Origin: Pseudomonadota bacterium
GTDB taxonomy: Bacteria; Myxococcota; JACRCW01; JAFGSX01
Direction of reading: 5' to 3'
Assembly: GCA_043821645.1 (NCBI GenBank)
Contig: JBDRCO010000068.1
Coordinates: 1 to 64,000 of the forward strand
Length of the DNA: 64,000 bases
Numbering within the stretch: position 1 is the first letter of the stretch; the number at the start of each line of letters is the position of its first letter. The position numbers and the translations under genes were made by a program. The notes below the pieces were generated by a model. That model saw nothing but the letters and a program-made list of their open reading frames with translations, was not told where the DNA came from and did no database searches. This document shows positions 47,938-56,750 of the stretch, piece by piece.

Positions 47938-49257
47938 TCAGTTCTCCAGAAGCTCGAAGAAAGCCTTGAGACGATTGCTCGCCGGCTCGTCGGCAAAGGC
48001 GCGGCTGTCGTTATGATCGGCTTCCAGCAGGAGCACTGGCACGCCGCACTGCTCGCGCAGCTTTTCTCGCTGGTCTATCTGCCCGACCGAGTAGGGCTTG
48101 CAGGACCGGTCCGAGTGCAGCACCACGCCGTCGACGGAGTAGTCGCGAACCATGGTGCTCAGGGTCTTCAGCTTGTGACCGGTGCCTCGGTTGAGGATGG
48201 GGTGCAGGTAGACCTGCGCCGCGCTCTCCAGGGGCCGTGCCGGGTCCATCATGGGTGCCAGCTCGGCCCAGGCATTGGTGTAGGTCGAGGCCACCAGGGC
48301 CATGCCGTTCTCGGCGAACAGCTCGGACAGCCAGCGCACGCGATACCACACGGGGAGGTTGTCCCACAGCAGACGATGCTTCTCGTCGCGAACCGCGCCG
48401 ATGCCCGCGGCCATGCGCTGCTTCAGCTCGGTCAGCAGGCCCCGGTAGTAGTCCACGGTGTGCTGGTCACCGCGCATCTCGACCACCGGCGCCAGGTGGA
48501 TGAACTGGTCGAAGGCCGTCATGGGCGCGGGCCTGTGCTTGCCGCAGGCCAGGATCTCCATCCACAGCAGGCAGGCGTCACGGCTCAGGCGGGACACCTT
48601 GTCCAGGGACGCGGGGCGCAGGCTCTGGCCCGCCACCCTCTCGGCCACCGCGATGGCCTCCTCGATCTGTCGCTTCACATGTTCGACCGCGTGCTCGGGA
48701 GCATCGCGATACAGGAAGGGCGTGTCGATGAGCACCAGTGGGACCTTGAAGTGGTGGGCGAGCACCCGGTACCAGCCCAGCACGGTCTGGCAGATGTTGG
48801 TGCAGCAGACCAGAAGATCGGGCCGGGGCAGCCTGCCCACCGGCGTCATGCCCGAGAGCAAGGAGCCGAAGTCGGTGCGCACGTAGGAGCACAGGTCCAT
48901 GGAGTAGCCGGCCTGCTCGGCGTGGCTCGACAGGTCGACAGCCACGCGGCGGATGCCGCACACCGCACCGTGGTTCTCCGGGTAGAGCAAGAAGTATCCC
49001 AGAGCCTTGAGAAACTCGACCGGCGCTCCCGACGTCACCCAGGCCACCTTGCGGTGAGGCTTGGCGTTCTGACCGATCAGGTAGTGGCGACTGATGAGCT
49101 CTCGCAGCCGGGCCGAACTGTGCAACGGTGGTCCCACGTGTTCGTGGTTCCAGGGTTTGTTCAGCTTCTGCTGGTCGCGCCAGCGCTGGGTGCGCAGGAC
49201 CCCTTTACCCAGCAGGTCGACCTTGGCGTGAAAGCGCAGGGCGTCAAGCATGGTCAT
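47938..49257 (-). CDS. 2-hydroxyacyl-CoA dehydratase family subunit (HgdA/FldB/BcrB-like)
   Basis: AWVTSGAPVE, YPENH, GYSMDLCSY, TNICQ, HSDRSCKP, LEADHND. Confidence 0.9.
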   Translation of the reverse strand: MTMLDALRFHAKVDLLGKGVLRTQRWRDQQKLNKPWNHEHVGPPLHSSARLRELISRHYLIGQNAKPHRKVAWVTSGAPVEFLKALGYFLLYPENHGAVCGIRRVAVDLSSHAEQAGYSMDLCSYVRTDFGSLLSGMTPVGRLPRPDLLVCCTNICQTVLGWYRVLAHHFKVPLVLIDTPFLYRDAPEHAVEHVKRQIEEAIAVAERVAGQSLRPASLDKVSRLSRDACLLWMEILACGKHRPAPMTAFDQFIHLAPVVEMRGDQHTVDYYRGLLTELKQRMAAGIGAVRDEKHRLLWDNLPVWYRVRWLSELFAENGMALVASTYTNAWAELAPMMDPARPLESAAQVYLHPILNRGTGHKLKTLSTMVRDYSVDGVVLHSDRSCKPYSVGQIDQREKLREQCGVPVLLLEADHNDSRAFADEPASNRLKAFFELLEN

Positions 49258-50342
49258 GACAGCATCTCGACGAAGGCCTCGATGCGGGTGGCCACCTGCA
49301 TGGGCAGTGAGTCGTTGAGGTCGTGCTCGATGGAGAGCGTGGCCAGACCTCCGGCCTCGAGCAGGGTCTTGAGTTGTGGTTGATCGAACAGCTCGGGCTC
49401 GCAGAACTTGATGCTGTGGAAAATCACACCGCGCGCCTGGCCGCGCCGTGCCATGGCCTGCAGGGCCTCGCCGCGCTCGGCGATGGAAGCTCCCAGCATG
49501 GGATCCGGAGGTCCCCCAAGCAGGCTCTCGGCCATGCGTCGCAGGGGACGCTCCGAGCGGCCGGCCGGGTAGAGTCGTCGACCGGTGCAGGCCAGATCGT
49601 CGCCCACCACCCGCGCACCGGCCTGGCGCAGCGTCTCGAGGAGTTCGGGTGGCTCGGGCAGAATGCCAGACAGGATCACGCCCAGCCCGGGTTTTTCGCG
49701 AAGCTCTCGCAGCTCCAGGGCCCGCCGCGCGATCGGGGAAAACTGCTCCGCGGGCAGGTACTCGCGGCTCCGCACCAGCCTGTAGAACAAGGCGTCGTCG
49801 AGGCTGAGGTGCAGGCGCTCGGCGTGAAGTCGGATCAACAGCGCATCGGCCTCTTCCTCGCGTTCCTGGGCTTCTCGCAGCGACCTGTCGTCGGGCTGCT
49901 GTCCCGTGATCTCGCGCAGGCGCAGCGCCATGGCCGCGAGTTCGTTCTCGAAGAAATCCAGATCCAGCGGGCGCCGGCCCCGCGGCAAGTACAGGGGGAG
50001 CACGGGCTGGCGCGGCGCCACGAAGTCCATGAGCAGTGAACCAAGACCCTGCAAGCTGTCGCAGCAGTGCGGCACCACGATGAGTTCTGTGCCGTCGAGC
50101 TTGCCGTCGAGCACGAAGGATAAACCATTGCGGACCACGGAGCACACATAGGCCTGCAGGTGCGCGTTGCCCTTGTCGGGATCGACTTGCGGTGGTCCCC
50201 AGACCTCCACCGGCGAAAAGCCAAAGGCCCGCAACAAAGCGCGGGGATAGTGGATGGGATAGACCGCAGCCAGGCGCTGACCCTGGCCGGTCAACTCGCG
50301 CATCACCTGGGAGCGGGAGGGAATCTCGAGGGGAGGCGTCAT
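49254..50342 (-). CDS. 2-hydroxyacyl-CoA dehydratase family subunit (HgdB/FldC/BcrC-like)
   Basis: AGGAG RBS; HLQAYVCS, PHCCDS, DDLAC, KFCEPE, TRIEAFVEML; overlaps the partner gene. Confidence 0.9.
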   Translation of the reverse strand: MTPPLEIPSRSQVMRELTGQGQRLAAVYPIHYPRALLRAFGFSPVEVWGPPQVDPDKGNAHLQAYVCSVVRNGLSFVLDGKLDGTELIVVPHCCDSLQGLGSLLMDFVAPRQPVLPLYLPRGRRPLDLDFFENELAAMALRLREITGQQPDDRSLREAQEREEEADALLIRLHAERLHLSLDDALFYRLVRSREYLPAEQFSPIARRALELRELREKPGLGVILSGILPEPPELLETLRQAGARVVGDDLACTGRRLYPAGRSERPLRRMAESLLGGPPDPMLGASIAERGEALQAMARRGQARGVIFHSIKFCEPELFDQPQLKTLLEAGGLATLSIEHDLNDSLPMQVATRIEAFVEMLS

Positions 50343-50473
50343 CGCACTCCTTGCCGAGCGCGGGTGCCCGCGCTGCGAGGGTGATCGGATCCGCTGGCTC
50401 ATCCTACGCGAATCGGCGTGCTGTGATCACGTGTCGTCGGGGCTGATGTCGGAGCGCGCGCGATGTATCCGCC

Positions 50474-50881
50474 TCACCACACACTGACAGAGAGGATGCG
50501 CACGTCGTAGGCCGGTGGGTCGTGGGCGTCCTCGGCGCACAGGTAGATCTCGAAGGTCAGGTCGCGCTGCTCGGCGTCCGGAGTCACGTGCAGCACCTGC
50601 GTGTCCTCGTCGTAGCTCCAGCCCCGGGGGATGGGACCCACCGCCAGGGTCAAGGCTTCGCCCTCGGGCTCGGTGGCGACGATCTCGAGATCGAGTGTCT
50701 CGCCCGGGGACAGGGCGAGGTCGCCACGGGTGAGCAGGGTGTTGCCCTTGGCATCCGTGAACCGGACTTCTCCAGCGCTCTCGATGAAGGGCGCGTCGTT
50801 CAGGGGCGAGGGGCCGCCGAAGATGTCGCAGCCCGTGCAGCACACCGTGATGAGCCACGCGCACAGGTGATCGCGCCGCAT
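50474..50881 (-). CDS. Small lipoprotein with Ig/cadherin-like domain
   Basis: CTGC lipobox; NDAP...ATEPEGEALTL...PRG. Confidence 0.7.
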   Translation of the reverse strand: MRRDHLCAWLITVCCTGCDIFGGPSPLNDAPFIESAGEVRFTDAKGNTLLTRGDLALSPGETLDLEIVATEPEGEALTLAVGPIPRGWSYDEDTQVLHVTPDAEQRDLTFEIYLCAEDAHDPPAYDVRILSVSVW

Positions 50882-51816
50882 CACTTCACCTCCACGTCGA
50901 GGCGCACGAAGGGCAGGGGACCAAAGTCGCCTCCCACCACGGCGTAGAGCTGGTGACGCCCGCTGCTCCTTGGCAGGGTCCAGGTGTTGTCGACACCGAG
51001 CACGGGTACCGGGCCCAGGTTCGTGTCCCGCATCCCGCGATCCTGGTACAGCGTCAGGCCTCGGCGCGAGAGCTCGCCGCCACTGACGAACCACTGCACG
51101 GGTCTGTTCTCCTCGATGTCCACCACCGAGAAGCGGATGGTCAGCCTGTCGCCAGGGGAGGCACGCAGGGGTGCGTCGTCATCGAGGCCACGCGCGTGAT
51201 CGCTGACGCGGAGTCCGTCGATGAAGGGCCGCCGCAGCGCGCGCATGGGATCCGGGGTGAACAGGGCAAAGAAGAACTTGCGCGCGTAGCGAACCTGGTC
51301 GCCCTGGGTGGCGCGCAGGTACACGATGGCGTCGTCGTAGGGCACGGGGTCAGGTCTTTCCTCGGGACCAGGGCCCGCCTCGGGAACGATGGGCACGCCC
51401 GCCTCGTCGACCTCCCAACCTCCATCGCGCTCCCAGGGCTGCGGTGGCAGGTCCGGGATCGTGTAGGTGTAGGTCGTGTGTTCGCCGCGACCCAGGCGGA
51501 GCTCGCGCGGGGTACCCAGACAGTCCACGGTCCCGGAGACCGAATCGGCCGAGCCATAGGCATACGAGGGACAGTCCAGCCACTCCAGCTCCACGGGCTG
51601 GTCCGTGACCGACAGCACCAGGGCGCGCAGCTGTATCGGTTGCCCGGGGGACAGGGGCAGCGTGGCGCTGGAGTCCACCGGGCGCGCGTCGATGCCGGCG
51701 ATACGGAAGTCGCTCACCGCGTAGCGCATGAGCGCGGTGTAGCCAGGGTCCCCGTCCTTGGTGCAGGTGGTCGCCGCGAGCAGGAGAGTGAGCAGCACGA
51801 CGGTGCGCATGGTCAA
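50881..51816 (-). CDS. Hypothetical lipoprotein, TonB receptor-associated
   Basis: Signal peptide ending ATTC; coupled to neighbours by stop/start overlap. Confidence 0.75.
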   Translation of the reverse strand: MTMRTVVLLTLLLAATTCTKDGDPGYTALMRYAVSDFRIAGIDARPVDSSATLPLSPGQPIQLRALVLSVTDQPVELEWLDCPSYAYGSADSVSGTVDCLGTPRELRLGRGEHTTYTYTIPDLPPQPWERDGGWEVDEAGVPIVPEAGPGPEERPDPVPYDDAIVYLRATQGDQVRYARKFFFALFTPDPMRALRRPFIDGLRVSDHARGLDDDAPLRASPGDRLTIRFSVVDIEENRPVQWFVSGGELSRRGLTLYQDRGMRDTNLGPVPVLGVDNTWTLPRSSGRHQLYAVVGGDFGPLPFVRLDVEVK

Positions 51817-54491
51817 AACTCCGCGCTCAGGCCAAAAAAAGGAATGATCGGAAACGAGCCGATGCTGGTGACGTCGAAAGTGTCGTAGCTGTACAGGTGC
51901 GTCTCTGCCAGGGGCAGAGGATTGGGCGCCACGTAGGCATTGTAGATGTCGAGGTACAGACCGACCTTGAACAGGTCGAAGGTGAAGGTCTTGTCGACCC
52001 GCACGTCGAGCTGGTGGTAGAGCGCATCCCGTGCCGCGTTGTGGGTGCCTCGCACCTGCTGGTATTCCCGCGTGTCGACGTCGAAGGCGCCGATGAAGGG
52101 CGTGTAGGGATTTCCCGACGCAAGCCTAAAGCGCGCGGACACCTCGAAACCCCAGCCGAGCTTGTAGGCGGCCACGGCGACGAGGTGGTGCGGCTGATCG
52201 TAGTCGCCCACGAAGGACGGCAGATCCCGGGTGCTGCGCAGCGACCGGCTCACGCTGTAGCTGATCCAGCCGAAGAAACGACCCTTGGGGCGTCGTCGTA
52301 GCGACAGTTCCATGCCATAGGCGTGGCCCCGGGACGGGATGTAGCGGATCAGGGGCTCGATGCTGGCCTCGCCGGTCTGCTCGTTGATCCGCGTCTCCCA
52401 GCCTGGTTCCTGCAAGGCCAGGCCCTCCATGCGCGACACGTAGAGCGAGACACCTGCCTCCAGCTCCCAGGGTAGCTGCACCTGCACGCCGCCCATGGCC
52501 TGATCCGACACGGTCAGGGGCAGCGACTCGGCGCCCAGCGCGGCGCTGGTCTTGACGTAGTCCGGGAGCTGGGTCTGGTGGCTGTAAGCAGCTCGCGCCG
52601 TGACGCCGAGGGCCGCGTCTTGCTCGACGATGATACGAGGATCCGCCCGCACGAAGTCCTGGCGGTGCTGGCGGTCGGCCTGCAACCTGGCGCCCGTCGT
52701 GATGCGTCCACCTGGCCACGGTTTTCCCTCGGCGGCGACGTAGAAACCAAGGCCGTAGGGTACATCGTGATCGCTGGGCAGCAGCTCATCGAGAAAGACG
52801 AGCTCGTCGGTGGGGCCGATGCTCTCGTCGCGAACCTCGCTGTCCAGGCCCACCCGCAGGGCCAGCCACCGGGCGGCAGGGATCCGGGCCTCCAGGCGTA
52901 GCGCGCCGACCTGGGTGTCCTGGCGCATGAGCGCCGCCACATCACCGGCGCCGCCAAGGCCGAGGATGTTGAGGTTGGTGCGGGTCCCCAGCAGCAGGGC
53001 GAGCTCGAGCTCGAGACCGCGGTCCAGGCGCGCCGTGGCGCCAGTGACGAGGTGATGAAAGGTCTGATCATAAATCGTCAAGTGTGAAGGGAGCTCTTCA
53101 TTCTGCCGGCCTTGCGCACGCATCAGCTGTTCGAGAATGTCCCGCACCAGCACGATGTCGATGGTCACGCCATCGTGGGCTCCAAAGACATTGGCGTAGG
53201 CGCGCAGCGACGGAGGTCCGCCGCTGACCCGCACGTTGTAGTCCCAGAAGGCCGGCAGGACGCTCAGCACGACCTCTCCTTGCGAACCCAGGAACGAGGC
53301 CGGGGCCAGCAGGGCCGGCAGGGTCAAGCCCAGGTAGCTGTAGCGGCCCCCGAGGTCCAGGCGCAGCTTGTCGTCGAACAGTGGGACGGTGGCGGCGCCC
53401 GCACTGTGGGTGATCCCGACGTCCGCGGACGCAGAAAACCGCTCGGCCTTGCCCTCACCCGAGCGCACATCGACCACGCCCTGGGCCGCGTTGCCATAGC
53501 GCAGGGGCACCGCGCCCGGAAAGAAGTCGATGCGGTCGATGAAGGCCGGGTCGATGACACTTTCGAGCACCCCGAAGTGAAACAGGAAGGGCACGGGGAA
53601 ACCGCCGAGGTACAGCGGCGTGTTGCCTGGCTCGCTGCCACGCACCACCACATCGCCCTCGAGAGCGCGCGGGCGTGCCACGCCGGGCAGGGTCTGCAGC
53701 ACGCGCACGGGGTCACCAAAGGTGCCGGGGATCCTGCGGACCTCCTGCTGGCTGAGGCGGATCACGGGTTCCTCGGCGCGGTCGTCGCGGCGCTCGCGCA
53801 CCACCGTGCGGTAGCGCTCGTCGACGTTCGACGGCAGGTACACCTCGACATTCGTGAGGTGGGTCCCGGTCACCGCCACGTCGAGCTCCGCGCTCTGGTG
53901 GCCGTCGGCCGCGACGATCAGGTGGTGGCGTCCCGCGGGCACGCGGCAGGTGAAGCGCCCCTTGGTGTCGGTCTCGAGGTCGAGCTCGGGTCCGATCACG
54001 CGGATCTGTGCACTGGCCAAAGGCTGCCGGGTCCCCTTCTCCAGCACCAGGCCGGTCAGGGTGTGCAGGGGCAGATCGGCATCCGGCGCCAGGTCCTCAA
54101 CGCCTGGTTCCTGTTGCAGCACGAAGTGGTAGGTGTACTCGATCTGCACGGCCACGGGTTTGCCGTCGAGGATCGCGGGCGCGAAGCGAAAGTGGCGCAG
54201 GGCTTCGGTCGCGGCCTCATCGAAGCCATGCCCGACCGGCTCGAGCACCTGGACCTCGCCAACCCGGCCCTCGGCATCCACGGTGACGGCCATGCGCACG
54301 GTGGCGGTGAGACCCTGGGCCAGCGCGTTCTGCGGATAGACCGCCTCGATCTGCTCCACCACCGTGGGCGGCTGGAGCTCCGCGGTGATGGTACCGGCAG
54401 GGGGTTCGGCTGCGACGGGCTGCTGTGCCAGGGAAAGGCTGCCGAGGAGCCCTGTGAAGCCAGCGATCAGCGCCTGTCTGCGCAGCGACAC
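51813..54491 (-). CDS. TonB-dependent receptor with N-terminal TonB-C domain and carboxypeptidase-regulatory-like domain
   Basis: AVYP...GHGFDEAA...FRFAPA; IPGTFGDPVRVLQTLPGV; YHQLDVRVDK; C-terminal GLSAEF. Confidence 0.92.
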   Translation of the reverse strand: MSLRRQALIAGFTGLLGSLSLAQQPVAAEPPAGTITAELQPPTVVEQIEAVYPQNALAQGLTATVRMAVTVDAEGRVGEVQVLEPVGHGFDEAATEALRHFRFAPAILDGKPVAVQIEYTYHFVLQQEPGVEDLAPDADLPLHTLTGLVLEKGTRQPLASAQIRVIGPELDLETDTKGRFTCRVPAGRHHLIVAADGHQSAELDVAVTGTHLTNVEVYLPSNVDERYRTVVRERRDDRAEEPVIRLSQQEVRRIPGTFGDPVRVLQTLPGVARPRALEGDVVVRGSEPGNTPLYLGGFPVPFLFHFGVLESVIDPAFIDRIDFFPGAVPLRYGNAAQGVVDVRSGEGKAERFSASADVGITHSAGAATVPLFDDKLRLDLGGRYSYLGLTLPALLAPASFLGSQGEVVLSVLPAFWDYNVRVSGGPPSLRAYANVFGAHDGVTIDIVLVRDILEQLMRAQGRQNEELPSHLTIYDQTFHHLVTGATARLDRGLELELALLLGTRTNLNILGLGGAGDVAALMRQDTQVGALRLEARIPAARWLALRVGLDSEVRDESIGPTDELVFLDELLPSDHDVPYGLGFYVAAEGKPWPGGRITTGARLQADRQHRQDFVRADPRIIVEQDAALGVTARAAYSHQTQLPDYVKTSAALGAESLPLTVSDQAMGGVQVQLPWELEAGVSLYVSRMEGLALQEPGWETRINEQTGEASIEPLIRYIPSRGHAYGMELSLRRRPKGRFFGWISYSVSRSLRSTRDLPSFVGDYDQPHHLVAVAAYKLGWGFEVSARFRLASGNPYTPFIGAFDVDTREYQQVRGTHNAARDALYHQLDVRVDKTFTFDLFKVGLYLDIYNAYVAPNPLPLAETHLYSYDTFDVTSIGSFPIIPFFGLSAEF

Positions 54492-54709
54492 GGGGTTTAT
54501 CCATGGTTATGGCTGGACTTCCAGCCCAGGGTTTTCTAGTTAGCGCGTGGATAGCATGGTTCAGGTACCGTGCGTTAGCACTCGTGTCCGGACTTAGGTA
54601 ACGCACAAGTGCGTGACGGATGGTTGGGGAGTGGTTGGCACCTGTCCCAGGTGTCGGAGGGGAGGCCAGGCGCTCTGTGCCTGACCTGGTCCAGACAATG
54701 GAGGGCGTG

Positions 54710-56731
54710 ATGCGCTCATTGATTTGCATGGCATGTGTGCTGCTCGCCTTCGACACCGCGAGCGCGCGAGTGCAGCCATTGGCGGGGGAGGGCACCGGCC
54801 GAGAGCTGGTCGTGGCCAAGAAGGCCAAGGCCAAGAAGCCGGCAGCCAAGAAGAAGCGCGCCCAGCCCAAGGATCCCAAGGGCGCAGCGACCACCGCCGC
54901 GCTCGAGGGCGACAAGCTGCTGCAAGGTGGCGACGCAGGGGCTGCCCTGGCCAAGTACGAGGAGGCCCTGGAGTACGACGCTGGCAATGTGCTGGCGCTG
55001 CGGGGCATGGGCGAGATCGAGTTCGGGAACGGCCGTTTCGACGAGGCTGCGGCCTATTTCGAGAAGGCCATCGCCGCGGATCCGACCTATGCCCAGGGCT
55101 ACTACAATCTGGGTTATGCCCTGCGCAAGGGAGGCAAGTATCCCGAGGCGGCCAAGGCCTACGGCGAGTTCATCCAGCGCAGTCCTGCCGAGGCGGATGG
55201 ATACTACGGCTACGCCGAGTCCCTGAGGCTCTCCGGCGACAAGCTCAAGGCTGCCGACTTCTTTGACAAGTACGCCGAGGTTGAAAAGCGTCCCTCGGAG
55301 CGCGAGTGGGTCGACAAGGCCAAGGTCACGGCCAAGCAGCTGCGCACCGAGGCGTCGGCCGACAAGATTGCCGCCGAAAAGGCTGCGGCCGAGAAGCTGG
55401 CGGCGGAGCGCGCGGCTGCGGCGAAGGCAGCCGCGGAACAAGCCGCAGCCGAAAAAGCGGCCGCCGAGAAGGCCGCGGCCGAGCGGGCAGCGGTCGAGAA
55501 GGCAGCCGCCGAGAAGCTGGCTGCCGACAGAGCGGCTGCCGAGAAGCTGGCAGCGGAGCGTGCAGCGGCGGACAAAGCAGCGGCGGACAGGGCTGCCGCC
55601 GAACGTGCTGCTGCCGACAAGGCTGCTGCCGACAAGGCCGCCGCGGAACGTGCTGCGGCGCAGGCCGCCCTGGCTGAAAAAGCAGCAGCCGAACGTGCGG
55701 CGGCGGAGAAGGCAGCGGCCGCTGCAGCAGCGGCAGCCGCGGCGCAGGCAGCCGCCGACAGGGCCGCCACGGACAAGGCTGCGGCAGATAGAGCGGCAGC
55801 GGCAAAGGCAGCAGCAGATGCCGCGGCGATCGCGGCGGCCAAGGCAGCAGCAGATCGCTCGGCGGCGGATAGAGCCGCAGCGGATCGAGCGGCGGCGGAC
55901 CGGGCAGCGGCAGAGCGAGCAGCCGCTGACAAGGTGGCCGCAGATCGAGCAGCGGCGGATCGAGCAGCAGCAGATCGTGCAGCCGCTGACAGAGCGGCAG
56001 CGGACAGGGCCGCCGCGGCCAGGTCACCATCGACGGCACAACCTTCCACGGGTGATCAGCAACTGGCCCTGCGCCTGATGGCTCAGGGCGATGCGGACCT
56101 CAAGGCCAAGCGCCTTGGAAGCGCCAAGCAGTCCTACCTGTCAGCGCTGCAGAAGATGCCCGCCAGCGTCGAGGCCAACTACAAGCTGGGTCTGGTCTAC
56201 GCCATGAGTGACGAGTATGACGCGGCAGCACAGCAGTTTCAGCAAGTGCTGCGCATCGACCCCAACAACGCCGGTGCCAAGGCCAACCTGGAGCGGGCGC
56301 GCAAGAAGGCGGCGCTGGATAGACAGAAGAAGGGCGGCGACAGCCTCGGCCTGCCCCCGGAGGTGCAGTCCCAGGGTCTGTATCGCGAGGCCGTGCAGCT
56401 GATCACCCAGCGCCAGTACCGCGACGCCATCGTCAAGCTCGACGAGTCGCTGCGCATCAAGCATGACTTCGCCCTGGCCTACGTGGCCCGGGGCAGTGCC
56501 TACGTCGGCATCGCGGACTACCGCCGGGCCATCGCCGAATACCAGAAGGCGTTGACCTTCGACGGTGCCCTTGCCTCACCCTATTATGGCCTGGCCGAGG
56601 CCTACCGTGGCCTCGGAGACAGCGTTCAAGCGCGCGCGAACTACAAGCGGTACGTGGACAGCAAGGGACGTGATCGCGACCCCAACATGGCCAAGGCTGC
56701 CGATGCCTGGATCCAGAAGCTCGGGGGTTAG
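54710..56731 (+). CDS. Secreted TPR protein with long Ala-rich (AAA[DE][RK])n spacer
   Basis: GGAGG RBS; signal peptide; TPR motifs (YYNLGYAL, NYKLGLVY, YYGLAEAY). Confidence 0.88.
   Translation: MRSLICMACVLLAFDTASARVQPLAGEGTGRELVVAKKAKAKKPAAKKKRAQPKDPKGAATTAALEGDKLLQGGDAGAALAKYEEALEYDAGNVLALRGMGEIEFGNGRFDEAAAYFEKAIAADPTYAQGYYNLGYALRKGGKYPEAAKAYGEFIQRSPAEADGYYGYAESLRLSGDKLKAADFFDKYAEVEKRPSEREWVDKAKVTAKQLRTEASADKIAAEKAAAEKLAAERAAAAKAAAEQAAAEKAAAEKAAAERAAVEKAAAEKLAADRAAAEKLAAERAAADKAAADRAAAERAAADKAAADKAAAERAAAQAALAEKAAAERAAAEKAAAAAAAAAAAQAAADRAATDKAAADRAAAAKAAADAAAIAAAKAAADRSAADRAAADRAAADRAAAERAAADKVAADRAAADRAAADRAAADRAAADRAAAARSPSTAQPSTGDQQLALRLMAQGDADLKAKRLGSAKQSYLSALQKMPASVEANYKLGLVYAMSDEYDAAAQQFQQVLRIDPNNAGAKANLERARKKAALDRQKKGGDSLGLPPEVQSQGLYREAVQLITQRQYRDAIVKLDESLRIKHDFALAYVARGSAYVGIADYRRAIAEYQKALTFDGALASPYYGLAEAYRGLGDSVQARANYKRYVDSKGRDRDPNMAKAADAWIQKLGG
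55361..56020 (+). repeat. 15-bp-period coding repeat (AAA[DE][RK])
   Basis: About 220 aa of pentapeptide repeats such as AAADR and AAAEK. Confidence 0.85.
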
Positions 56732-56750
56732 GGTCGGGGTGCGCAGCGAC

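Noticed and set aside
47804-48016. 70-aa AT-rich ORF
   Set aside because: Composition is unlike the host's coding sequence, there is no clear RBS, and it overlaps the convergent gene end.
49258-50145. N-terminal 296 aa of the 735-aa ORF 47938..50145
   Set aside because: It overlaps the partner dehydratase gene in another frame; the real start is at 49257.
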